The notes beneath the pieces are model-generated. The model ran no database searches. It was not told the DNA's origin and saw nothing but the letters and a program-made list of their open reading frames with translations. From Lamprocystis purpurea (GTDB taxonomy: Bacteria > Pseudomonadota > Gammaproteobacteria > Chromatiales > Chromatiaceae), in NCBI GenBank assembly GCA_020718945.1, contig DYRB01000001.1, forward strand, positions 1-25,121: 25,121 bases of DNA. The letters run 5' to 3'. Both the position numbers and the translations under genes were made by a program. Positions 1 to 7,538 of this stretch are shown piece by piece; position 1 is the first letter of the stretch; the number at the start of each line of letters is the position of its first letter.

Positions 1-19
1 GGACAGGCAGACGGAGAGC

Positions 20-661
20 TCATGCATGGCCGGCGACCGGTGGCTGGGGTGCTGGGTGTGCGGCGGGTCTGGGCCCCAGGGTCCAGGCGCCGAGCAGGGC
101 GATCAGGGCGGTGGCGGCCAGCCCGACCAGGGCCAACAGGGGCAGGGCGCGATCCTGGCCCAGGGCGGCGGCCAGGGCGGTGAGCCCGAGGGCCAGGGCC
201 CCGCCGCGGGCCGCAAGCGGGAGCAGGCCAGCACCGGCCGGGAGGGCGGTCCGCGACCAGGACAGGTGCCAACCCAAGGCCGTGCCGGCTTGCCACCAGC
301 CCCAGCCGAGCATCGCCAGGCCGGGCAGGTCCCAGCCCAGGGCCAAGGTCGTACCCCCGGCCAGGAAAAGGGTTGCCTGGGCGGCGAACCACAAGGGTTC
401 GGGGGTGGAGGTACGGGCCAGGGTCGGCAGCCCGGTGAGCAGAAGACCGAACAGGGGGGCCGCGATCAGCCCCTGGGCGAGGAGCACCCAGGCCCTGGCG
501 TCGAAGGCGAGCCCGCCAGCGGCCCAGAGCACCGCCAGGGGCGGGGCTAGGAGCAGGGGCACGGCGGCGGTGAAGCGCCAGGGGCGGGCGCGCAGATAGC
601 GCCCCAGGCGGGACCCTGGGGGCCCGTCGGAACGCCGGCCGAGGGGGATGGCGACACACAT
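20..661 (-). CDS. Multi-pass membrane protein, weak resemblance to the N-terminal half of NnrS-family proteins
   Basis: 213-aa hydrophobic ORF with several TM-like segments. 'APLFGLLLTGLP' recalls the NnrS 'FGFLxTxxP' motif, but the His-containing motif is absent and the protein is about half NnrS length. Confidence 0.45.
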   Translation of the reverse strand: MCVAIPLGRRSDGPPGSRLGRYLRARPWRFTAAVPLLLAPPLAVLWAAGGLAFDARAWVLLAQGLIAAPLFGLLLTGLPTLARTSTPEPLWFAAQATLFLAGGTTLALGWDLPGLAMLGWGWWQAGTALGWHLSWSRTALPAGAGLLPLAARGGALALGLTALAAALGQDRALPLLALVGLAATALIALLGAWTLGPRPAAHPAPQPPVAGHA

Positions 662-785
662 GGGGGCTCGACCTCCAGCGGTCGGGTGCGGCCCGGGATG
701 GGGGCGCCCGCCGAAGGACCAAAGACTAGCGATAGTCCCCGGCCGCGTCGCTGATGCCGGTCAATCTGGACCGGATCGCGGCGGA

Positions 786-1100
786 TCAGTCCCCGTCGTC
801 CGCGGCCCCTGCCGGCGCGGCATCCAGCCAACCCTGCAGGGCCGAGATGATCGCCTGGGCCTGGGCCCGGCTGGAGATATTGAACTTGGACTGCTGGCGG
901 TATTCCCCGGCCCGCTTCTGATAGCGGCGGATGCTGTACTTCTCCGGCCCCCAGGTCTCCTTGGGTCTGTCCCAGTCGCGGTAGCGGAATAGGATGGTGG
1001 TCCAGGCACCCTTGGACAGGATGACCTTGTCCAGTTCCTGTACCGTCTCGATGCCGCCTTCGCTGTAGGCGACGGTCAGGTCTTCCAGTTTTTCCGTCAT
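786..1100 (-). CDS. 104-aa conserved hypothetical protein, possibly PC4/YdbC-like nucleic-acid-binding fold
   Basis: C-terminal part of the 786..2111 ORF. ATG at 1100 (MTEKLEDL) has a GGAGA RBS upstream, and composition shifts from Arg/Pro-rich shadow-like to normal globular at this Met. Confidence 0.8.
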   Translation of the reverse strand: MTEKLEDLTVAYSEGGIETVQELDKVILSKGAWTTILFRYRDWDRPKETWGPEKYSIRRYQKRAGEYRQQSKFNISSRAQAQAIISALQGWLDAAPAGAADDGD

Positions 1101-1126
1101 GTTCAGGGTCTCTCCAATGGGTGTTT

Positions 1127-1807
1127 TCAGGGTTGGCTGTCGGCCGGGGCCTGGGCCCCGTATTGGCGCAACAGCCGGATCAGGTCCGGGTCGGCGCCCT
1201 CCAAGGCCAGGGCCAGGGGGGTCTGGCCTGTTGCATCCGCCAGGTTGGGGTCCGCCCCGGCCAGGATCAGGCGCTTCGCCAGGGCAACCCGGCCGGCGGC
1301 GATGGCCAGTTGCAGGGGGGTACGCCCGGCCCCGTCGCGCCCGTTCAGGTCGGCCCCGCGGCGGCGCAGCAGGGCCAGGGCATCGCGGTCGGCACTGCCC
1401 TCGCCGACCAGGGCGAACAGCAGGGCCTGGGGCGGGTCGGCGGCACCGGCGTCGAACAGCAGGCCGGCCAGGTCCAGCCGCCCCGTCGCCAGGGCTAGAT
1501 GCAGCGGAGTGCGGCCGCTGGGGTCGCGGACGTCCATGCGCGCCCCATGTTCCACCAGGGCCCGGGCTATGACCACCTGACCGTTGCGCGCAGCCAGGTG
1601 CAGCGGGTACTGCCCCTGGCCATCGGGGCTGTCGATGTCGGTGCCGTGGTACAGGTGGCGCTTGACCTGGTCCAGGTCGCCCAACTGCAAGGCCCGGTGC
1701 AGGGGTAGGGTAGGCGGCTGCGGCTGGGTGCAGGCGATCATCAGCGCGGCCAGGCAGACCAGGGCGGCGCTCAACCAGGGGGTTCGGCTTAGGGGCATCC
1801 GGGGCAT
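1127..1807 (-). CDS. Ankyrin-repeat protein, probable lipoprotein
   Basis: About 5 ankyrin repeats (YPLHLAARNG, TPLHLALATG, TPLQLAIAAG, TPLALALEG). N-terminal hydrophobic stretch ends LMIAC, followed by a TQPQPP linker. Start is 1807 or 1798. Confidence 0.85.
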   Translation of the reverse strand: MPRMPLSRTPWLSAALVCLAALMIACTQPQPPTLPLHRALQLGDLDQVKRHLYHGTDIDSPDGQGQYPLHLAARNGQVVIARALVEHGARMDVRDPSGRTPLHLALATGRLDLAGLLFDAGAADPPQALLFALVGEGSADRDALALLRRRGADLNGRDGAGRTPLQLAIAAGRVALAKRLILAGADPNLADATGQTPLALALEGADPDLIRLLRQYGAQAPADSQP

Positions 1808-1967
1808 GGGCAGGTCCGTGGGGTCCGCGGTGGAGCGCCCGTCGGCCGGGCTGGGCGGCGGGCGACACGCCGGGCCCGGCGTGGCCCCGCATGGTAAGAC
1901 CGCGGCGGCGGCGGCGGCAAGGCGCCCGACGCTGCATGGTCCGGGGGGGCGTGTTACCTTTGCGGCC

Positions 1968-2357
1968 ATGTTTGGCAAAGTCCTCATCGCCGTCGTCGCC
2001 CTGCTGGTCGCCTGGCTGCTGCTGCGCGCCCGGATGCGCGGGGCCGGGCGCACTGCCCCGCCGCCGGTGCCGGCACCTTCCTCGACGCGCTCGGCGAGCG
2101 CCCCGAGGCACCTGGCCTATTTGGCCCTGGGGGTCCTGGTCGCGGGCACCGGCCTGTACCTCTACGAGGGCTGGGCAGAACGGCGTGCGCCTGTGCTGGT
2201 ACGGGTGATCAATGCCAACACCGGGGCGGTTGCTACCTATAGGGCGCGCCGCTCGGACGTGGTCGGGCGCTCCCTCCTCACCCTGGACGGGCGGCGGGTC
2301 ACCCTGGCAGATGTAGAGCGGATGGAATTGGAGACGGACCCAGGGCCTGCGCCCTAG
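1968..2357 (+). CDS. 129-aa hypothetical membrane protein (two TM segments plus a small C-terminal beta domain)
   Basis: ATG at 1968 begins MFGKVLIAVVALLVAWLLL. Second hydrophobic segment LAYLALGVLVAGTGLYLY, then a soluble domain VRVINANTG...TLDGRRVTLADVERME. Confidence 0.75.
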   Translation: MFGKVLIAVVALLVAWLLLRARMRGAGRTAPPPVPAPSSTRSASAPRHLAYLALGVLVAGTGLYLYEGWAERRAPVLVRVINANTGAVATYRARRSDVVGRSLLTLDGRRVTLADVERMELETDPGPAP

Positions 2358-2369
2358 CAGCCTCTTGGA

Positions 2370-2972
2370 TCACGCAGCGGTGCGGTACAGGGCCAGGGGG
2401 AAGGTCTCGGTGATCAGGATCACCGGGGCCCGGTCGATGATGATGCGATAGGTGCGGAAGACCCGGTCGCCGTCCGGGTCCCCGGGGTCCAGGGCCGGGG
2501 CCCCGACCTCCAGGACCTCCCGGTAGCTCTCCAGGCCGCTGTCGCGGATCAGCACGCCGATGCCGATCTCCCGGTCGATGAGCCGCTGGCGAAAGGCCGC
2601 GGGGATGCGCTCGGTGCGGATCACGGAGAAGGCGCCGGCATAGACCTGGTTGCTGTCGGTCCCGCGCAGTTGGGCCTGGCGGACCAGAACCGGGGCCCCC
2701 CCGGTGATCTCCAGCCAGGGTATATCGCGCTCGGCCAGGGTCAGGTCCTGGGCCAATGTGTCCACCGCCACCGGTTCCCAGAAGTAGGCCTCGAGCATCT
2801 TGGTGACGGTCCCGTCGGTGACCAGCAAGGCGCGCAGGAACGCAGGCAGCCCGACCAGGGGGAGCCCGATGCCGCCCGTGCGGGGGATTAGGCCGTCGCG
2901 CTGGAAGCCGTCGCAGCGGAAGCGGGGCTGGCTCTCGCGGCTTAGAGGTTTGTCGTAGTAGCGTTCGACCAT
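2370..2972 (-). CDS. Chorismate pyruvate-lyase-like (UbiC/DUF98 family) protein
   Basis: Motifs LLVTDGTVTKMLEAY, IGIGVLIRDSGLESYRE and RTYRII...ILITETFP are typical of the DUF98/UbiC fold. Likely start is MVERY at 2972. Confidence 0.65.
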   Translation of the reverse strand: MVERYYDKPLSRESQPRFRCDGFQRDGLIPRTGGIGLPLVGLPAFLRALLVTDGTVTKMLEAYFWEPVAVDTLAQDLTLAERDIPWLEITGGAPVLVRQAQLRGTDSNQVYAGAFSVIRTERIPAAFRQRLIDREIGIGVLIRDSGLESYREVLEVGAPALDPGDPDGDRVFRTYRIIIDRAPVILITETFPLALYRTAA

Positions 2973-3251
2973 GGTTCCCTCGGCAGGTCCCGGTGACACC
3001 GCACCGCGCGGGCCGCCCAATCCCGCCTATGGTGCCTGATTTGGCCCCATGAGAGGGCCGTTCGGGTCAGGCCCAAGTCGGAAATTGTGTCCCGATTGAT
3101 GCGGCGGGACAGGTGCAGGGTGCCGGTCTGGATCCTTGGCATATCTTAGGGTCAGACCCTTTGTAGTAATGCAACCAATTGAATGGAAAGCGGAAAGGTC
3201 CCGAGCGCAGGGTCTGTCTGACGTGCGTGCCGGGCGCCAAAGCGGCCGATC

Positions 3252-3314
3252 TAAGCCGTTGAAATACCTGGCACGGAAGATTGCATTTTGTCCCCGACTG
3301 GCCAACAATTTGCA
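3252..3314 (+). promoter_or_regulatory. Candidate sigma54 (-24/-12) promoter with upstream IHF-like site
   Basis: CTGGCCAACAATTTGCA (3298-3314) has exactly 10 nt between GG and GC. 3252-3264 on the minus strand reads TTTCAACGGCTTA, one mismatch from the IHF consensus WATCAANNNNTTR. Confidence 0.4.
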
Positions 3315-3409
3315 CACCCTTTGGCGGGCTCCTCCGCCGACGCACCGGGTGCATGGCCTGCAACATCGGGGTCGTGCCCCGTTGGGGGTTAGGAAAAACC
3401 CTGACCTTG

Positions 3410-3450
3410 TGTTATACAAAGGGGGCCGTTCGGCACAACATCTACGGAGA
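3410..3450 (+). promoter_or_regulatory. Candidate extended -10 sigma70 promoter and RBS of the lipoprotein gene
   Basis: TG-T-TATACA at 3410-3418 and GGAGA at 3446-3450, 8 nt before ATG 3459. Confidence 0.4.
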
Positions 3451-3458
3451 TATTTCCA

Positions 3459-3665
3459 ATGCAGAAGACCGTTAAGCTCGTTTCCCTGACCGCCGTCGCC
3501 GTTCTGACCGCCGGCATCCTCGGTGGCTGCGCCACTACTGCCCAGGTCGAAGAGGCCAAGGCCCTGGCCCAGCAGGCTCTGGACAAGGCCAACGCCGCCC
3601 AGGCCTGCTGCGACGCGAACACCGATCGCGTCAACCGCATGTATCAGAAGATCATGTCCAAGTGA
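3459..3665 (+). CDS. Lpp/OprI-family alanine-zipper outer-membrane lipoprotein
   Basis: 68 aa with signal peptide and lipobox LGGC, Ala-rich heptad helix (AKALAQQALDKANAAQ) and C-terminal Lys. Adjacent to an L,D-transpeptidase. Confidence 0.9.
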   Translation: MQKTVKLVSLTAVAVLTAGILGGCATTAQVEEAKALAQQALDKANAAQACCDANTDRVNRMYQKIMSK

Positions 3666-4633
3666 AGCCAATCGGCTGAACTGCGCCGGCCTCCCACTAA
3701 CACCGGGAGGCCGGTGTTTTCGTCCCTCGCCCTGCTCACCTCCTCCCAGTCTACGTAGACCCCTGCCACGTTCGCCACCGACGCGGGCACTAGGCTCCGC
3801 GGATCACGGTCCTTGTTCTTGTCGTCGTCGTCGCTGATGTGGACCTCCAGATAGAGGTCGTCGCCCAGCCAACCCGTCTTGAAGGGCTGATTGACGATGG
3901 TCACCGGGGTCTTCACCGACACCCGCCCGAACAACTGCTCGATGTCTTCCGGGTACATGCGTATGCACCCGTGGGTGACCTGCATGCCCAGACCCCAGGG
4001 TTTGCTGGTGCTGTGGATCAGCACGCTCGGGGCACTGAGCCGCATGGCGTACAGGCCCAACGGGTTGTCCGGCCCAGCCGGCACCACCGCCGGCAGGGGT
4101 GCGCGACCCTCGGCCCGGCGCTCGGCATGGATGGAGGCCGGTGGCGTCCAGGTCGGGTCCTTGATCTTGCCGGTGATCTCGAAGGTGCCGATGGGGGTGT
4201 TCCAGCCCTCGCGGCCGATGCTGATGGCGTAGGTCACCACCGTGGACCCGCCGGGGCCATCGGGGTAGAAGTACATCCGCTTCTCGGGGACGTTGAGGAC
4301 TATGGCGTTGCGGGGCGCCTGGGGCAGGACGTAGAGCGTCGGTACCAACACGTTGGCCCCGGTCCCCGGGACCCACATGTCCACCTTGGGGTTGGCGTCG
4401 TTCATGTCGTCATAACCCAGGTCGTTGTGGCGCGCTATGTCCAGAAGCGTGTCTTCGTGACGTGTCTTTACATAGAATGGCGCGCCTATCACCCCGTCGC
4501 TCGGGCTGGCCAGGCGGAAGGTCTCCGCCTGGGCCTGGGGGGTGCCGCCCAGGGTGCCGAGGGCCAGCAGGGTGAGCCCTGCGGCCAAAGCTTGTCGGGA
4601 CCCGGTGGTCGCCGTATTCACGCCGTACTTCAT
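3644..4633 (-). CDS. L,D-transpeptidase (ErfK/YbiS/YcfS/YnhG family) with LysM-like N-terminal domain
   Basis: Signal peptide ending AQA, DTLLDIAR..NP LysM-like segment, NVPEKRMYFY, GPDNPLG, and catalytic IHST..GMQVTHGCIRM. Start at 4633 has GAGG upstream; alternative start at 4651. Confidence 0.93.
   Translation of the reverse strand: MKYGVNTATTGSRQALAAGLTLLALGTLGGTPQAQAETFRLASPSDGVIGAPFYVKTRHEDTLLDIARHNDLGYDDMNDANPKVDMWVPGTGANVLVPTLYVLPQAPRNAIVLNVPEKRMYFYPDGPGGSTVVTYAISIGREGWNTPIGTFEITGKIKDPTWTPPASIHAERRAEGRAPLPAVVPAGPDNPLGLYAMRLSAPSVLIHSTSKPWGLGMQVTHGCIRMYPEDIEQLFGRVSVKTPVTIVNQPFKTGWLGDDLYLEVHISDDDDKNKDRDPRSLVPASVANVAGVYVDWEEVSRARDENTGLPVLVGGRRSSADWLHLDMIF
3684..3720 (+). terminator. Intrinsic terminator of the lipoprotein gene
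   Basis: Stem CCGGCCTCCC (3686-3695) / GGGAGGCCGG (3705-3714), 9-nt loop, followed by TGTTTT. Starts about 20 nt after the stop codon. Confidence 0.8.
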
Positions 4634-4654
4634 GATGCTGCCTGACCTCATTCG

Positions 4655-6724
4655 ATGACTAAACCCGCTCAACTCGCCCGCGTCCGCAACATCGGCGTGG
4701 CGGCCCATGTGGACGCCGGCAAGACCACGTTGACGGAGCGCATCCTCTACTACACCGGCGCCTCGCACAAGATCGGCGAGGTCCACGAGGGCGCCGCCCA
4801 CATGGACTACATGGCCGAGGAACAGAGCCATGGCATCACCATCACCTCGGCGGTTACCAAGGCCCCCTGGCGCGATCACACGCTCCAGATTGTCGATACG
4901 CCGGGCCATGTGGATTTTACCATCGAGGTGGAGCGCTCCATGCGTGTCCTCGACGGCTGCATCCTGGTCCTCGACGGGGTGCGTGGGGTCGAGCCCCAGA
5001 CCGAGACAGTATGGCGTCAGCGCTCCCGTTTCCAGTTGCCGGTGCTGTTCTTCGTCAACAAAATGGACCGCCCCGGGGCCGACTTCGACCACGCCCTGGC
5101 CCACATCCGCGAGCGCCTCAAGGCCGAGCCGGTCCCGGTGACGGTCCCGGTACTGGGGGATTGGGCCCAGGGGGCCGAGCCCGGGGTCATACACCTGATC
5201 GACCGCACCCTGGTCCGCTTCGGCGGCGACCAGGGCCGGGACCTCGATGTCTCCCCCTGCCCGGCGGATCTGTGGGAGCGGGCCCAGGGACACCGGGAGG
5301 CCCTGCTCCTGGCAGCGGCCGAGTACGACGAGGCCCTGGCCGATCTGGTCCTGGCCGGCGAGGACCCGGACCCCGAGGCCCTGCGTGCGGCCCTGCGCAC
5401 CGGCACCCTGGCCGGGCGCCTGTGCCCCTGCTTCGGCGGCACGGCCCTGCGCAACATCGGGGTTCAGCCGGTATTGGACGGGGTCATCGACTTCCTCCCC
5501 GCCCCCCTGGACCGCCCCCCGGCCCAGGCCATCCGCCCGGACGGTGGCCACGAGGAGGTGGCCCTGGGCGATAGCGGGCCCCTGGTGGCCCTGGCCTTCA
5601 AGGTGCAGATGTGGGAGGGCCGCCGCCACGTCTTCACCCGCGTTTATCGCAATCGGCTGCGCCCGGGCGATCAGATTGCCTTCGTCGCCGCCGACGGGCG
5701 CACGGTGCGCGAGCAGGTGGCGCGCATCTTCGACGTGGACGCCGGCAAGAAGACCAAGTTGGACCTAGCCGAGCCCGGCCAGATCGTCCTGCTGGGCGGC
5801 CTGCGCTTCGCCACCACCGGCGATACCCTGTGCAATCCCAACCACCTGCTGCGCCTGGAGCGCATCGAGCTGCGCGCCCCGGTGCTCAGCCTGGCCATAG
5901 AGCCGGCCATGGGCACAGACCCGGACAAGCTGCTGGAGGCCCTGGACAAGGTCGAGCAGGAGGACCCAACCCTCAAGGTCGAAGAGGACCCTGAGACCGG
6001 CCAGCGCCTGCTGCGCGGCATGGGCGAACTGCACCTACAAATCGTCCTGGAACGTCTGGAGCGCGAATACGGGGTGGTGGTCCGCAGCGGACGCCCGGCG
6101 GTGGCAGTCCGGGAGACCGTCCAGTCCGCCGGCACCGGCGAGGTGCTGTTCTCGCCCCCGGCTGTGGCCGACCAGCGATCCCCGGACCTACGCGCCCGGG
6201 TCGCCCTGGCTGTGGCCCCACGCACCAGGGCCACCGGCAATGCGGTGATCATGCAGCCGCGCTACCTCCCGGAGGGCGTCCAGCCGAGCCAGGTCCAGAT
6301 CCAGTCGGTGGAGCAGGGGGTGCGTCGCGGCCTGGCGGCGGGGCCCCTGCAGGGCATGCCCCTGGAGGACGTCGAGGTGCAGGTGCTGGAGGTCGAGCTG
6401 TTCGAGCGCGCCTCTACCACCGACGCCCTGGCCGCCGCCGCCGGCCGCGCCCTGGCCCGGGCCCTGGAGGCCGCCGGGCCCACCCTGCTGACCCCGGTGA
6501 TGGCCGTGGAGGTGGTGGTGCCCCAGGACAACCTGGGCACCGTACTGGGCGACCTCCAGTCCCGCCGCGCCCTGATCCGCGCCAGCGAGGCACGCGGGGC
6601 GGACGTGACCATCGACTGCGAGGTGCCCCTGGAGCGCCTGCTCGGCTACGCCACGGACCTGCGCAGCCAGACCCAGGGGCGCGGCCAGTTCAGCATGCAG
6701 TTCGCCCGGTTCGACCTGGTCTGA
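4655..6724 (+). CDS. fusA: Elongation factor G paralogue (divergent EF-G)
   Basis: 689 aa with AHVDAGKTT, GITI, DTPGH, NKMD, GMGELHL and C-terminal DLRSQTQGRG. Not in an str (rpsL-rpsG-fusA-tuf) context. Confidence 0.9.
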   Translation: MTKPAQLARVRNIGVAAHVDAGKTTLTERILYYTGASHKIGEVHEGAAHMDYMAEEQSHGITITSAVTKAPWRDHTLQIVDTPGHVDFTIEVERSMRVLDGCILVLDGVRGVEPQTETVWRQRSRFQLPVLFFVNKMDRPGADFDHALAHIRERLKAEPVPVTVPVLGDWAQGAEPGVIHLIDRTLVRFGGDQGRDLDVSPCPADLWERAQGHREALLLAAAEYDEALADLVLAGEDPDPEALRAALRTGTLAGRLCPCFGGTALRNIGVQPVLDGVIDFLPAPLDRPPAQAIRPDGGHEEVALGDSGPLVALAFKVQMWEGRRHVFTRVYRNRLRPGDQIAFVAADGRTVREQVARIFDVDAGKKTKLDLAEPGQIVLLGGLRFATTGDTLCNPNHLLRLERIELRAPVLSLAIEPAMGTDPDKLLEALDKVEQEDPTLKVEEDPETGQRLLRGMGELHLQIVLERLEREYGVVVRSGRPAVAVRETVQSAGTGEVLFSPPAVADQRSPDLRARVALAVAPRTRATGNAVIMQPRYLPEGVQPSQVQIQSVEQGVRRGLAAGPLQGMPLEDVEVQVLEVELFERASTTDALAAAAGRALARALEAAGPTLLTPVMAVEVVVPQDNLGTVLGDLQSRRALIRASEARGADVTIDCEVPLERLLGYATDLRSQTQGRGQFSMQFARFDLV

Positions 6725-6781
6725 CCGGCGCCCGGTCTGCGATCACCCATCCGTCTTCAGTCCCTAGCCCCCCGAGCCCCC

Positions 6782-7048
6782 TTGGACGAGCCAGCCCCGG
6801 ACCTGTTACGCCTTGCCGACCTTGCCCCCGGGGAGGCGGCCGAGATCGCCGAGATCCGCGGTGGTCGGGTCATGACCCGCCGCCTCCTGGGCCTGGGGCT
6901 GCGTGTCGGCAGCCCGGTCAGGGTCCTGCACCACCGGGGTCAGGGGGTGGTGGTCTCCAACGGCGAGACCCGCCTGGCCCTGGGGGGCGGGGTGGCGGAG
7001 CGGCTTTGGGTCCGGCGCGCGGGACCCATGGCGAAGCCGATCCCCTGA
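6782..7048 (+). CDS. feoA: FeoA-family protein (copy 1)
   Basis: 88 aa from a TTG start. [34 protein letters not shown]...RLALGGGVA matches the FeoA SH3-like pattern. Confidence 0.85.
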   Translation: MDEPAPDLLRLADLAPGEAAEIAEIRGGRVMTRRLLGLGLRVGSPVRVLHHRGQGVVVSNGETRLALGGGVAERLWVRRAGPMAKPIP

Positions 7049-7147
7049 TGCTGCCCTAGCAGCGCTGGGGGACGCTCTGCGCCTATCCATCTTCCGCCGC
7101 CTTCAAGACCGCACCAGCTCTGATCGTACCAGAGCACGGGCCCCAGG

Positions 7148-7192
7148 TTGACAAGGCCCTCGCCATCGGTAAAATAGGAACGCTTCGCATTT
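7148..7192 (+). promoter_or_regulatory. Sigma70 promoter overlapped by a Fur-like box for feoA2-feoB
   Basis: TTGACA (7148-7153), 16-nt spacer, TAAAAT (7170-7175). AAATAGGAACGCTTCGCATTT (7172-7192) is an imperfect palindrome resembling the AAATGAGAATnATTCTCATTT Fur-box variant (15/20 by eye). Confidence 0.7.
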
Positions 7193-7206
7193 GAAGACCG
7201 GTCGCC

Positions 7207-7476
7207 ATGGTTATGATCGCACCCAGCCGCATCCCCCTCACCGCCCTGCCCGCCGGGGCCAATGCCCGTATCGCGGAGATCCGCGGTGGCCGTGCCTTGA
7301 CCCACAAGCTGTTCGGGCTTGGGCTGCGGGTCGGCAGCCAGGTCCGCGTCCTGCATCAGCGCGGCCGCGGACTGGTCCTGTCCAGTGCCGAGACCCGGGT
7401 GGCCATCGGCGGCGGCATCGCCGATCACCTCTGGGTCGAGGCGCTGGTGGCTGGTACCGAAGGCCCGGCTGTCTAG
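7207..7476 (+). CDS. feoA: FeoA-family protein (copy 2)
   Basis: 89 aa with [33 protein letters not shown]...RVAIGGGIA. Directly upstream of feoB. Confidence 0.9.
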   Translation: MVMIAPSRIPLTALPAGANARIAEIRGGRALTHKLFGLGLRVGSQVRVLHQRGRGLVLSSAETRVAIGGGIADHLWVEALVAGTEGPAV

Positions 7477-7538
7477 GTCGCTGTTCGGCCCCTGGCCCTG
7501 GCGTCAGCCCTGCCACCTACCTATTGCAGTACCAGCCT

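Noticed and set aside
1101-2111. N-terminal extensions of ORFs 786..2111, 7191..9908, 13473..18719, 18437..19348 and 19431..20564
   Set aside because: The extensions are Arg/Pro/Gly-rich and overlap other real genes. Family homology, and in some cases an RBS, points to internal Met starts (1100, 7539, 13689, 19076, 20133).
3269-3285. TGGCACGGAAGATTGCA as a sigma54 promoter
   Set aside because: It matches the consensus well, but GG and GC are 11 nt apart, and sigma54 needs exactly 10.
4655-6724. TetM/TetO-type ribosomal protection (resistance) gene
   Set aside because: The 'ST' in FERAST faintly recalls TetM YSPVST, but the YSP motif and the TetM C-terminal extension are absent and the C-terminus is EF-G-like.
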